Shown here piece after piece: positions 51,049 through 64,000 of a DNA stretch of 64,000 nt. Positions within the stretch are counted from its first letter, which is position 1. Each line of letters opens with the position of its first letter. The notes beneath the pieces were generated by a model. The model did not search any database, was not told the DNA's origin, and saw nothing but the letters and a program-made list of their open reading frames with translations. The DNA comes from Eledone cirrhosa (taxonomy: Eukaryota), in NCBI GenBank assembly GCA_964016885.1, contig OZ024746.1, positions 98,518,001 to 98,582,000 of the forward strand, written 5' to 3'. The position numbers were made by a program, and so were the translations under genes.

Positions 51049-51728
51049 AAGCAGGTGGCCTAGTGGTAAGGGTGTTGGACTTACAATTGTAATGTTGTGG
51101 GTTTCGATCCCTGGGTTGGGCTGCGTGTTCTGTTCTTGAGTAAAACACCTCTTTTCAAATTGCTCCAGTATACTCAGCTGAAAATGAGTACCAGCAATAA
51201 TTAGGGGTTTAACCCTGCGATGGACAGGTGTCCTGTCTAGCGGGGAATCTTGTACTTTCAGGCGCTGCACGCCATCAAACCGGGATAAGCACCAGCTCAA
51301 TGCATAACTTAGGGGAGAAGTTCTGAAAAGGATGCTCCAATCATCATCACCGTTTTACGTCCGTTCTTCTATGCTAGCATGGGTTAGACGGGTTGTCCTG
51401 TTGTGGGCAGTGTCTGGTCGGCTGACCTTGTCTTGCTCATACGGGAACTGATTCTGGCTTGATTTCTACAGCTGGATGCCCTTCCTAACACCAACCTCAT
51501 TTACAGTGAGTGCTGGGTGCTTTTTTGCTGTGGCACCTACACGTCCACTTTACAGTGGAATGATATGGACCCCAGTCCCTATCATCTCATTTCTACAGCT
51601 GAGTAAACTGGAGCAATGTGAAATAAAGTGTCTTGCTCAAGAAAACAACACATCACCCGGTCCGAGAATTGAACTCGCAACCTTTCGATTGCAAGCCCAA
51701 TGCTCTAACCACTAAGCCATGCGCCTTC
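51049..51728. mobile_element. SINE B (+, 51049-51305) and an inverted SINE B head joined to an RTE-type tail (-, 51341-51728)
   Basis: tRNA-like heads; 51341-51556 nearly matches the RTE 3'UTR at 39327-39536. Confidence 0.75.
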
Positions 51729-51739
51729 AATGTCTGTAA

Positions 51740-52559
51740 AGAAACAATGAGTTGCCAGTTATGGATGCTCAGAGATGCTCAAAGGTGGAGGGAATGCATC
51801 ACCACATTGGTGTATCAGTTATATAACCAGATCTAGAATACAGAGAGTGGAAGAATGGAGCAGTTGCCTGCATCCCCCAAAACAGTGATTTTGCAGAATG
51901 ACAACTGGCGGGGGTGTACACTCAGATTATCCTGAACCAAATGAAAGAAGCAGTTGATCATGACTTGTCAGCGACGAGCTGGATTCCGACCGAAACCTTC
52001 ACATTCATTGACTTTAGTAGAGCATTTGATAGCCTACACCAGAAGTTCTGAAAGTGGGCTTTAACCCCCCTGTTGAGAAGGTCCAGGAGGCGCTGAAGCC
52101 TAAGGGGGTGATGGGGGTGAGTGGCGGTAGAGATGATATAATAGTGTATCAAATGATACATATTATATGGCAGTATCAGTAGAAGGTTGGACGCCATGCT
52201 TTTCAGCAGAGTTACACCCCTTTATGGTGTAAGTTCAAATCCCGCCGAGGTTAACGTTGCCTTTCATCCTTACGGGGTTGATAAAATAAAGTACCAGTAA
52301 TGTACTGGGATAATTGTTGGCCTTGTGCCAAAAGTAGAAACAATTATATATAAATATAGTAAAATAAAAAAAATATATATTTATTTATACATAGTATATA
52401 CTAGCAGAATGGCCCGGCATTGCTCAGGATTTGCTCCAGGGTTCTTATATATTTGATATATATTTATCCTTATTAAGTCTCGTGAAATAAATACGTTTGT
52501 TTATATTTTGTTATTGAGTATGCAAAAATATATGTACATGAATATATAATTATATATAT

Positions 52560-52594
<35 letters not shown>

Positions 52595-54870
52595 TAAAAT
52601 AACAGATTAAAGTTTAAGCAAAGAATCGCTGCTTTCCCTCTTAATGGGATCTTCTACCTAAAAGCAGTATGAAGTACACTAAGACTAACTGATGTAATCG
52701 TTGGCGTTGTTTTGTTTTCGTGTTTGCAAAAATATCTGTACACAAATATCTATATTAAAATAACAGATTAAAGTTTAAGCAAAGAATCGCAGCTTTCACC
52801 CTTAACGGGATCTTCTGAAACTAAAAAAAAATCAATCTGTGAACGCAGAAGTAAATATTTCGAAAAACGTTGCAACCGAAGGAAAACAGGAAGACAATAC
52901 TTTAGTTCGTGAAAACGTTCCCTGGTATAAGAATATATATATACACACATTATATATACATATATATACACACACACACACATTGATCGGGTCATAATGA
53001 CGTAATGCAGACAGCCAGGCATACAGACAGATATTATAAAGGCGACGTCATATCTACGTATCTCAATAGGACCATAAGTATTACATGTGTAAAGTTTGAA
53101 AACAATCAGTTGGGTGGTTCTCGAGTTTTAGTGATTGGACAGATAGACAGACATTCTCTGTTTTAGTAATATAGATTATATTATTATATATAAATTAACA
53201 ATTTTATTTATTATATATTATTTACAATTTGTGTGTAGGCAGGTCTCTCTGGAAATAGGGGTGGGGGCGCTGAGGGTATTACGTGGCCGTGAGGGGGGTG
53301 GGGGCAAACATTTTGGAACCTCTGACCTACCTACACAGACCATCCTTTTAGAACATCATGTGACCTCATGGCATACCATCCAAGGATGTCTCGGCCATCA
53401 AGGATTTATATACTGGTTCAAAATGCTGCATAAGAACTGAGAGTGGCTACAGTGAGTGGCTTGAGGTCATGACAGGAGTCTGCCAAAGATGCCTCCTGTC
53501 TCTGATTCTTTTTGTTTTGACCATCGAATGGATTTTCTAAAGGGCAACAGAAGATAAGAAGATTGAGTGGCATGGGCAACCTTTTTCGAGAGGCGGGCCA
53601 CATGAGATATGGCTCATCATCAGGTGGGCTGCAAGCGCTAATTTACATTCATGCCCACATTAAAAAGAAGGGCGATAACTCGGGTTGTTTTGATTTGTTA
53701 CTTCAGAATTCCTACACGTTGTTTTCCTCGATCATAAAAATAAAGAAAGATAAATTACGACTGAAAAGTTGGGGTAAACAAATCAAAGATTTCACTTTGG
53801 TGACTTAGGTGAGCCATTGAGAAAGCTTCACGGGCCGCAAGTTGTTGCTCATGACTGGGCTTGAGGAACAGAAGCTCTCAGAACTTGACTTTGCAGATAT
53901 TGTGGTCATTGCCAAAAATACATTTGATTTCCAGTATCTGATAAATGAGATAGGGTCACCTGCAGCCAGCATTGGTATCAACATCAGTGTCAAAAGGACC
54001 AAGAACATGCTAGACGGTAATCATTCATCGGCAACTAAAGCTTGCATTAATCAGGAGGATACCAATGGCAGTGGAGGCATGGCAAAAGAAATTAATTATA
54101 GAATAAGCAAAGCTTCAGTTGTCTTTTACCCTTTAACATTCATATTACTCTCTATATATATACTATTATATTTACATTACTCTACATTACTATTGTATTT
54201 TCACAATAAAGTCTTTATCTCACATAATATCAAATCTATGAGATTTTGATGTTATTTATTTTGAGAAAAATACCTTAATATAAGTATGAGTGGTCAGTTA
54301 CAACCGGTTTGAACAGAGAGGGGTGAAAGGATTCTAGCCGGATATGACTGGTTTAAATGCTAAAGGGTTAAACAACTTAAGATCTAGAGAAGCAAAAAAC
54401 GTTTGCCTTTTACCAAGATGAGATTTTACAACAGAATTGTGCTTTTAATGTTCCTGTATAGATTGAAAGATGGAGTGTGAAGATCAGCCAAGAGAACCAA
54501 TTAGATCCTTTTGACACCAAATACCTATGTAAAATCCTTGACAACAGGTGGGATGACTTCCTTACCAACAAAGAAGTCTGTCGACATACCGACCAGCAAC
54601 CTGTGCCTGACATTATGCACAACTTGATTGGTTGGGATGTGTCACATGACTCTCAAGTGAGAGACATGCTAGTCACGTCCTGTAGTGGTAGTACACCCAT
54701 GGAAAGAGGTGAAGAGGATGTCCCAAGATGAATTGACAGACTTGAAACCCATTAACAAAAGTTGAAACAATGTATTGATAGAAGCATCTGTCTGTGGTCA
54801 CTAGAGCACTTTGGTGGCCTTGTGTGTCAGAAGACTTGGCAGCTTCTAAGTAATGTCCTAGAAAGGTAAA
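51740..54870 (+). mobile_element. Old RTE-type RT remnant fragmented by SINE A (52165-52345), Helitron, hAT-like MITE (~53567-53857) and MITE family 1 (54127-54371)
   Basis: NDNWRG, FIDFSRAFDS, LSELDFAD and GISISVKRTK-like motifs spread across the insertions. Confidence 0.6.
52401..53175 (-). mobile_element. Non-autonomous Helitron
   Basis: Minus strand 5' TCTATATTACTAAAA and 3' hairpin+CTAG, inserted in A|T with no TSD; shares internal blocks with 57368-58753. Confidence 0.8.
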
Positions 54871-55293
54871 TATTGTGACCAACCAACCAATCAATCACTA
54901 ATTTTGATCTAAAAGTTTAATAATAAATGATAGCTGCATTAGAGAAATGTTTAATTTCCTAAAACGCAATTTTCTTATATTAAAAATAAAAAGTAGGAAA
55001 ACATAATAAAAATTAATATAAGAATAAGAAATACCTAACATAACTTTCTAGAAATTTATCTAAATTTAATCGAGATAATTACCTAGGGGAATATCTATTA
55101 ATGAATATTTAGAGATGTTGGCATACTGTAGATGTTTTCATTGAAATATGTTACTTAGGGTGTAGAATTATGGAATGTTTAAGCCAGCTGACTAGTTTAA
55201 AACTAGGTTTAACATTTGAATGGAATAAATTTGTGTAATGGTATGTGAGCTGTAGTAGAAATACCATCATAATTTTCATGTTAGAACTATTTT

Positions 55294-55684
55294 TTAACCC
55301 TTCAGCATTTACATTACTCTATATATACTATTGTATTTTCACAATAATGGCTTTACCTCACATAATATCGAATCTATATTATTTATTTTGAGAATAATAT
55401 CTTAACATCAGTCTGAGCGGCCAGTTAAGCCGATTTGAACTGAAAGAGGTGAGAGAATTCTGGCCGGATATGGCCAGTTTAAATGCTAAAGGATTAATCC
55501 TGTTGTATCTGGCCACCTCTTTCATACTGGCTGTAACTGGTCACTCACACTTATGTTAAGGTATTGTTGTCAAAATAAATATAAAAATCTCATAAATTCA
55601 ATATTATGTGAGATAATTGTCAGGTAAAGCCTTTACCTGAAAACAATAGTATATATAGAGTAATGTAAAATGCTAAAGTGTTAA
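55294..55684. mobile_element. Two MITE family 1 copies head-to-head
   Basis: Inverted arms with TTAA at the outer ends. Confidence 0.75.
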
Positions 55685-56491
55685 TAATGGTTTCTGATTT
55701 AGGCACAAGGTCAATAATTTTTGGGGAGAGGGAAAAGTCGATTAAATTGACCCCAGTGTGTTACTGGTACTTTATTTTATCAACCCCCATAAGGATGAAA
55801 GGCAAAGTTAACCTCGGTATAACAAAAGTATTTAGTATAACAAAAATAACTGTTTCTACTTTTGGCACAAGGCCAGCATATACCCAGTACATTACTGGTA
55901 CTTTATTTTATCGACCCCGTAAGGATGAAAGGCAAAGTTAACCTCGGCGGGATTTGAACTCAGAATGGCAAGGGCCATAACTCTATGTGTCAAAGCATGG
56001 CATCCGACCCTCTACCGATACTGCCAATCCACCGCCATGGTGGAAAGGTTGAGAAGCAGAGAGTTATATATCTGTTCACAGAACCTTTGACTGTAATTAA
56101 TGTAGCTTTATCAAGTGGTGTGCCGATTTATTTAGAAAGAAAACAATTTCTAGGACAAAAATATTGATTTTTATTTTCTGTTGAACAACTCTGCTCTTCC
56201 ACAGTAAAGTTAATTCTTTGATTTCTTATTTATTACTCCATTAGTATCCCTAATTAGAATCTAGATGTTGTTTTGGAACTTGCTTCAAGTGAATAATATT
56301 TGCACTGAAATTTTTCCTTTTTCGGTAATTAGAAGTTATATACGTCAGGTGCTCGGTTAATATTAAAAAAATCTCAATTTGAAACCAGCTTCAATTATTT
56401 AGTTTCTGAAATAGTTTGTTGCATGTTGTTTATAGCGATGTTTATATTTAGGATGAATATTTTACTCACAGTTGTGTAAATAACATTACAA

Positions 56492-56540
<49 letters not shown>

Positions 56541-57345
56541 GAAATAAGTAAATAATATGATTGCGAATACAATGGGGTTACTTCGAAGGGTCTTTGGAGT
56601 AACATTGCTCGATAGTGTAGCTCGGAGATCAGAGAGTCAATTCCAGGTAGAGCTGCTACTTCTCCGAATTGAAAGATCACAGCTCCTGTACTATGGGCAT
56701 GTGGTTAGAATGTCTCAGGAAAAATCTTGTAGATTCAATATTATGTGAGATAAAGCCTTTACCTCAAAAATACAATAGTATATGTAGAGTAATGTGAATA
56801 TTAAAGGGTTAAGTCATTCTTAATTCTTCTTCATCATCAGATTTATGTCTAGGTGGAATATATCAGCAATATGGAACACCACCTGCTCTTGTGGACTCTA
56901 TTCTCTGAGATTATGGTTGTGACTTTTGTGATAGATGCTACTGTGTAATATATAATGGTTTCTACTTTTGGCACAAGGCCAGCAATTATCCCAGTGCATT
57001 ACTGGTACTTTATTTTATCGACTCCGTAAGGATGAAAGGCAAAGTTAACCTCGACGGGATTTGAACTCAGACTTCAAGGGACGTAACTATGCTGGAAAGC
57101 ATGGCGTCCGACTCTCTACCGATACTGCCAATCCACCGCTGATATAGACAAGGCCAGTAATTTGGTGGGAGGGGGAAGTCGATTAAATCGACCCCAGTGC
57201 ATGACTGGTACTTTATTTTATTGACTCCGTAAGGATATAAGGCAAAGTTAACCTCGGCGGGATTTTAACACAGATCATAAAGGACCATAACTCTATTCTA
57301 CAAAGCATGGTGTCCAACGCTCTACCGATTCTGCCAATCCACTGC
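55685..57345 (-). mobile_element. Four SINE A copies (55685-55817, 55848-56036, 56950-57140, 57148-57345), plus (TG)n and a short RTE remnant (+, 56560-56730)
   Basis: Family match; IERSQLLYYGHVVRM motif. Confidence 0.8.
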
Positions 57346-57367
57346 CCGATTGTGGAATATATAATTA

Positions 57368-58753
57368 CTAGCTGGCCCCGCCCGGCTAGGTATACCAGCA
57401 TTTTATCTTTTCAGGAATCCCCCCTCCACTCCAGTGCAAAGATACTGCACGCCCTCTCAAGTCAGCAAGGGGGGGGGGGGGGTAACGTGCTCTGATGTTG
57501 GGTTTGAATAGTTTTTAGGATTCAGCAGCCACTACGTTAAAGAAAATTGATAGTTACAACAATAAAGGCTGAACAGAGAACATATTTTTTAACAAACAAT
57601 AATTTGTACAACCATAATGGAAATTCCAAGTAACAGAAAATATTTAAATTACATTGTTAGAGCCTCAGAGTATACAATATTTTGTGTTCGGCCCTCCGGA
57701 GCAAAGATGAAGAGATTGTCTGGCGAGCTCACCCTAGAGCATCCTACATACAATTGACCATGGGAAAATCACTGATCTCATAGATCGTCTAGCGGAGAAG
57801 CTCTGTAGACGTTGACCTCTGGACACTCCTGTCAGGAGCAGGTAAGCTGTAGTGACTTAGAGGCCTACCACCAATCTCCAGGACACTGTTTTCAAGACAA
57901 ATGAGCGCCTCATTGAAAACGACATTGTATGTTATGTTTGGATTGTGTCTGCATGTGCGGTGGAGGATGTCCTCAGCTAGACTTTCACAGTGGTTGTTCC
58001 ACATTGCGAGAGGGTCGGCGAGATTGCAGTTGGGCAGCATAATAGCAAAACGTTTTCGCAGCTGAGAAGGGACTTTAGCAGTTGCTGCTTCTTGCAGGGT
58101 GAGGTGCCAATGGCTGTCATCGTGTAACATACCACGCATCTGGCAAGCCAAACGGTAAGTGGAACATTGATGGCCATTGATGGTTCTCAGATCTTGGAAA
58201 GACTGTGGTCCTCGAACAGTTACAATGACGATAAGCCGTTTGTGCTTTCGTGAAATAAATAGGTTTTTGTTTTTGTGTATGCAAAAATATCTGTACATGA
58301 ATATATATATTAAAATAACAGATTAAAGTTTAAGCAAAGAATTGCTGCTTTCACCCTTAACGGGATCTTCTGAAATTAAAAAAATCCGTCTAAATATTTC
58401 GAAAAACATTATCTAATGCAGACAGTCAGACATAGAGACATATTATAAGGTCGCTACGTTATGGCTATGTATCTATCTAAAAAGACAGACTAAGAAAAAG
58501 AGGGGAATGTTGTGCGACGTCATAAGAAAAAGTGAGGAATGACGTATAACCGGAAGTGTTGACATTTAAAATTTTAAAGAAGTGAATATTTAAATAATGT
58601 CTTTAATCTTTTAACAAAATTCAATAGACAAAAATACCTTCACTTTTTTACTTAGAAAAAGTTACATCGATGGTGCAAATTTGGTGCTGTTTGGTCCAGC
58701 CGTTTGGCGGAAAGTTTGTTACCTACATACGGCCGTCAGCTTTATAGTATAGA
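57368..58753 (-). mobile_element. Internally deleted Helitron with both termini and Rep/helicase fragments
   Basis: 5' TCTATACTATAAA, 3' CTAG, A|T target; ORF VRGPQSFQDLRTING...LACQMRGMLHDD..W...L.EA; PIF1 C-terminus FSHGQLYVGCSRV...TQNIVYSEAL at ~57650-57770. Confidence 0.92.
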
Positions 58754-58893
58754 TAATGATTTATCGTTAACTTTATGCTATTAGCAACATATGCTGTTCA
58801 TATTGATTTATCATGTATTTATTTTATTTTTTTGATTTTATACATTGCTTGCATCAGATTTCCCTATTTCAAACTACTTAAATATAATTCCCT

Positions 58894-59070
58894 TGGTAGA
58901 GGGTCGGACGCCATGCTTTGCAGCAAAGAGTTACGGCCCTTTATGGTCTGAGTTCAAATCCCACCGAGGTTAACTTTGCCTTTCATCCTTATGGGGTCGA
59001 TAAAATAAAGTACCAGTAATACACTGAGATAATTGCTGGCCTTGTGCCAAAAGTAGAAACAATTATTATT
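58894..59070 (+). mobile_element. SINE family A copy
   Basis: Family match. Confidence 0.88.
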
Positions 59071-59702
59071 CATGGTAGACAATCTGCTGTAAAACATCTA
59101 TTTGCAGTAGATAATCCCTAATATATTCAAATTATTTAGAATGAGGGATAGATACATTTATGACTTTGTTCTACTTCATGGGAATTTTCAATATAAAGGT
59201 CTTAATTATTTTGTATGAAGTGTGTTTTTGAGCAAAAACACGTTGCTCCAATATACGTAACTGAAAATGTGTACCAGCAATAGCTAGCGAGTTAACCCTG
59301 CTATGGACTGGCATCCTTTCCAGGGGGGAACCTTGTACTTTCAGTAGCTTCACGCCTTGAAACCGGGATAAGCACCGACTTAACACGTTGCTTGCAGCAC
59401 ACTAGGGCACATATGCATGCAATGTTTTTGTATTAAGTGTTTGGTGTTTATCCTACAAGTGTTTGTGAACAAATGGTGAGTTAAAGATATGTAGTAATCT
59501 AGTTTGACAGTTAATTTTATCCAGTAAGAAAGATATCATTGTCATCATCATAATGATTGTCCTCCTAGACAGGCTTCATGTCACATCTGCCTTACATGTG
59601 GTCTGGTTTTGGTATGGTTTCTACAGCTGGATACCATTCCTAATGTTAACCACTATACAGAGTGTGCTAGGTCATTTTATCATTTCACCAGCCACTCTGT
59701 GT

Positions 59703-60405
59703 AGATGATGGTGAGTAGGAAGGTGGTCCTAGGACCAAGGTCACCAGAAGTCTCCACTGCTAAGGGGTGCTGATGATGGTGAGTATGGAGGTGGTGCTAG
59801 GGCCAAGGACACCAGATTTTAGAGGCAAAACCAACCGGCAGGAGACCCAGGGGTAGACCCCAAGCAAGATGATTGGATAACATCCATGAGCTTGGCTGGT
59901 CTCGTTTGGGGAGCCAGCCTAATCAGTTGGAGACAGTTGCTTTTGGCAGGACCCAGTGGGGGGAGAGTTTGAGGACTCTGCCTCCACGATGCTCTCAGGA
60001 ATAGGTGGCTGAAGAAGAAAGTAAAATACTGGGGTCAATTTAATTAACTTTCTCCTCCCCCTAAATTGCTGGCCACAATACGTCAGACATTTTACAGACA
60101 TAGCCAGCCAACAGAACACCCAGAGGTGGAATACAAGCAAGATGATTGGATAACATCCTTAGACTCACTTTGTCTTACTCGTCGGATCTTTTGAAGATGG
60201 TGGCTTCTGATAGGACCCTGTCGAAGGTGTGTCTTAGGACTGCATCCTTGACCCTGTCAAAGTGTGTCTTAGGACTGCTTCCTTGACCCTGTCGAAGGTG
60301 CAGTCTTAGGACTGCTTCCTTGACCCTGTCGAAGGTGCAGTCTTAGGACTGCCTCCTTGACCCTGTTGAAGGTGCGTCTTAGGACTGCTTCCTTGACCCT
60401 ATCGA
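59703..60405. mobile_element. CRE-derived 68-bp units (59703-59816), RTE 3' ends with (GAA)n tail, and a ~37-bp tandem repeat (60215-60405)
   Basis: RRPRGRP..R motif; GACCCTGTCGAAGGTG..TCTTAGGACTGC about five times. Confidence 0.65.
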
Positions 60406-60540
60406 GAATAAATGTATAAAGATGACGAACCAGCACCATGCACTAGGACATTCAATTGACTATACCACTACTCTGCAAAATTATAGTTTGATACCTTGTG
60501 AGGAGAAATCTATTTTAATATTCGTGAATTTCATATCAAA

Positions 60541-61003
60541 TAATTGTTTCTAATTTAGGAACAAGGCCAGCAATTACCCAGTACATTACTGGTACTTTAT
60601 TTTATCAACCCCATAAGGATGAAAGGCAAAGTTGACCTCGGCGGGATTTGAACTCAGAATGGAAAGGACCGTAACTCTATACGTCAAAGCATGACGTCCG
60701 ACCCTCTACTGATACTGCTAATCCACCGAATATTATTATTTCATATCAAATAATAATATTCGATTCGTTTGCAAGCAAACAGCCTCATAATTGTTTCTAC
60801 TTTTGGCACAAGGCCAGCAATTACTCAGTGGATTACTGGTACTTTATTTTATCTACCCGCAAACAGTTACGCCCCTTTATGATCTGAGTTCAAATCCTGC
60901 CGAGGTTAACTTTGCCTTTCATCCTTACAGGGTCGATAAAATAAAGTACCAGTAATGTATTGGGGTAATTGCAGGCCTTGTGCCTAAAATAGAAACAATT
61001 ATT
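60541..61003. mobile_element. Three SINE A pieces in inverted arrangement
   Basis: 60541-60728 (-), 60788-60858 (-), 60865-61003 (+). Confidence 0.85.
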
Positions 61004-61550
61004 ATTTGATATAAAACTCACGAATACATTTATGTATCCGCTGAGTTGGAGCAGAAACCCAAATTCTAATTTTGTTTTTATTTTAATATTGATTTCTAAA
61101 TTCATGTTGTTGTTAATCTCAGTCATTTGTTTTAACTTAAAACTTTAGAACTCCATCTCAAACTTTAACAAATGAATGATAAAATCAAATATTAATTTCA
61201 GTTGCAATTTAAATCTCCTGCAAATTATATTTGTCAAAGATTTCTACATAATTCTTTGTACAAAGTGACTGTTTTACATCTAGTTTGTAACGGGGTTTTT
61301 TTAATAATACATTTCTGTAAAATAAATCATGTTGGTGTTTGTGTACTAAATGACATAAGGAAAAAGTCTGAATGAATTGAAATTCTCCAGAAAATATAAA
61401 TCTAGCAGTAAGTTATCATCATCATCGTTGTTGTAGTGTTTTTGCAGGCAGTCTCCAAGTCAAATTTTCATTTTTCATTTTCTTATTCTCTTTTCCCTAT
61501 CTTCTACGATAAGTATCAGTTCTATGTATCCCCGTTATGTAATTCTGTCA

Positions 61551-61628
61551 AAGTTACCCGATGAGTCCATCTTGTCTTGCATCATAAATGGATGATGGAG
61601 CTGGCCATTGAAATACGTATAGTGATTT
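61551..61628 (+). ncRNA. Degenerate type I hammerhead-like motif (possible Penelope/retrozyme relic)
   Basis: AAGUUAC-CCGAUGA...GAAA-UACGUA-UA^GUGAUUU; helix II base poorly paired, U4 changed to C. Confidence 0.35.
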
Positions 61629-61840
61629 CATGGAATTAAAATTTAAAACATATCTTCTAGTCCGGGCTTCTGTTGTTTAAAATACTTTACTCTGTTCCTA
61701 CGCCATCCACTGGATACCACATCTACAATGGGTCACATAACGTTGAGTGCTTTATTAATTCATTGCATCATGATTTACCTACCAGAAACACAAGTTTTAC
61801 ACTTTGGTGATCAAAATAACTTAAATGGTATAGATGTATA

Positions 61841-61875
<35 letters not shown>

Positions 61876-62014
61876 GTGTGTGTGTGTAGTTGGCAATGAA
61901 AGGGCATCCAGCTATAGAAAATAAAAGATCGAGAGAGCTTTTCAACTGTTTCTCATGAAACAGTTCTAGTCCTGTAGATGCCATTTCTATATTAAATATA
62001 TTTATATACACACA

Positions 62015-62219
<205 letters not shown>

Positions 62220-62221
62220 CT

Positions 62222-62510
62222 CATTCCCTTCTGAGGCACAAGCCCAGACAAGGTTTGTTTGTGGAAGACCAGCAGTCACCCATGTATACCAGTCTCCCCT
62301 CTCCACGTCACTGACATTGTCCAAGGGAAAGGCTATGGCTAATACAACTTGACACCAGTGACGTCGCAACCTATTTCTACAGCTGAGTAAACTGGAGCAA
62401 CGTGAAATAAAGTGTCTTGCTCAAGGACACAATGCACAGCTTGATTCAGGAATCAAACTCACAACCTCATGATTGTGTATCCAGCACTCTAACAACTAAG
62501 CCATGCTTGT
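62222..62510 (-). mobile_element. SINE family B copy
   Basis: Reverse-complement match to 36721-37000. Confidence 0.85.
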
Positions 62511-63721
62511 TTCCATAAATATAACATGAATTAGTTATAGATAATGTCTATTTATTCCTGACTACCAACAAAATATAAATCTGGTGAACAAAAGCAATTA
62601 ATATGATCAACATTTCATATCACGTAGCTAAATATTGACATTAGAGAGAATTTAGGTATGAAATTTTTGTCTTTAGTGAAAGCAAAGCCTACTTGAATAA
62701 AAAATAAATGTTCACAGGTATTTTCGTGTTTCCCAGTGAAGATAGTGTGCGTTGCTGGTAAGTGTGTTAATGCTGATAAATACAGAAATCAAATAAACAT
62801 ACTTGTGGAAAGGAGAGGCTAAAGTAAGAAAAAACAAACAGCTAGTCAAGCAAAATAATAAAAAATAAAAAGGGACAGGATTGGGCGGAAATATTAACAA
62901 GAGAGTAAGGAGAGTTGCTTCTGTGAATTAATCATTCCTGCAACCATGAGGCCTAAGCTCATGATTGGTTGAAACAACTGTAAAAACAAAATATCATCTG
63001 CATGAGTATTTATTACATATATACAGTAAAGCCTCACCAATAGCTACATGTTTTCTCTGCTGCCATCCTGTTTGTGTCTTAACTAATTCAACTGACTTTA
63101 TTTTTCATTGACCTCTAGTATCTACTCACTCTACCTCTCTTCCTATCTGACCTTGTATGTGTGTGTGCACCAATTCAACTTGCCTAGTCTTATAACTAAC
63201 TTTAATCATACAATACTTTCAACCGACTGCTTTATTCTGCCACTTTCATTTTCTCATTGCCTTCTGTCTGTAGTAATATGACACAGCTCTGGATTGATTT
63301 TAATTTTAAATTAGATTCTCTCATATATTTGCTGATGTTCAAATGTTCATAAAACTAGAAATATTTATCAACTGTGTCAGGGTTTTGCAGGAAATTATTT
63401 AGTCTGCTTGAATTATTATTGTACCTGAAAACACAGTAGGCCCAGTACTGTCTGTTTTTTTGCAATGTTAAAAATAGATTATATTGAGAGAAGAGCCATG
63501 ACAAAAGGGTGTTATTACATATTTTCTGTTACTCCTGTTTATATAGTTGAATCATTTGAGTGTTGGCTTTCTTACAGGGGCATAGCATCATCACCACTAT
63601 TTAACATCCATGTTTCCACACTAGCATGGGTTAGACGAGTTGTCCTGTTGTGAGCAATGCCAGGTCAGGTTAGCTTGTTATATTGTTAGACTGAAACCTG
63701 TAAATGAATAAAAGAATAAAT

Positions 63722-64000
63722 CACTTAACCCTTAACTCTACAAAATACTTCAATACTGGTATAGTCTCTGCCTCCATCTCTTTCGCTCTGCCCATCTCTC
63801 ACTATTATAAGCAAATGGGGGCACACACGTTGGCCGCCCTGGTGGACAGAATAGAGAAGTTTACTCTCCTCAGTCTGAAGTACATCAGCGCCTGGATTAA
63901 TCACAGACTGCTCCAACTTGTCACTGGAGAAAGTGTTGCTGCATGTGGCATCCCAGATGAGGGGTTTACCACCGCGGAATGGGAAGATGGTTATGCCATC
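63722..64000 (-). mobile_element. CRE-like LINE 3' fragment, continues past the window end
   Basis: Minus strand DGITIFPFRGGKPLIWDATCSNTFSS; same 3'UTR as 35240-35350. Confidence 0.8.

Noticed and set aside
53575-53625. Minus-strand CTGATGA...GAAA hammerhead-like spacing
   Set aside because: No convincing helix I or III, and it lies within a hAT-like MITE end
62935-62985. Stem CATGAG/CTCATG followed by GAAAC
   Set aside because: No CUGANGA-type core upstream; cannot support a ribozyme call

Overview
AT-rich, repeat-dense animal genomic DNA; the SINE/LINE/microsatellite complement resembles an octopod cephalopod (inference). Genes: the last five coding exons of mitochondrial rRNA 2'-O-methyltransferase MRM1 (SpoU family, + strand, 3394-8784), and a probable promoter plus 16-nt first coding exon (MVDRL, PLEKHF2/Phafin2-like start) at ~16.0 kb whose next exon was not found in the window. 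The rest is intergenic/intronic: RTE, RTEX-like and CRE-like LINE remnants, two tRNA-derived SINE families, TTAA piggyBac-type MITEs, Helitron derivatives, many minisatellites grown from transposon pieces, an 11-kb TA block and a 200-N scaffold gap. Best candidate for a new system: a near-perfect head-to-tail trimer of a 591-bp non-coding unit (26215-27986), flanked by a 50-bp direct repeat. Each unit carries, on the minus strand, a type I hammerhead ribozyme with the compensated U3-A8 core variant and a palindromic helix III, i.e. a retrozyme-like, circular-RNA-capable retroelement. All structures and family calls were read by eye; no folding or database search was run.
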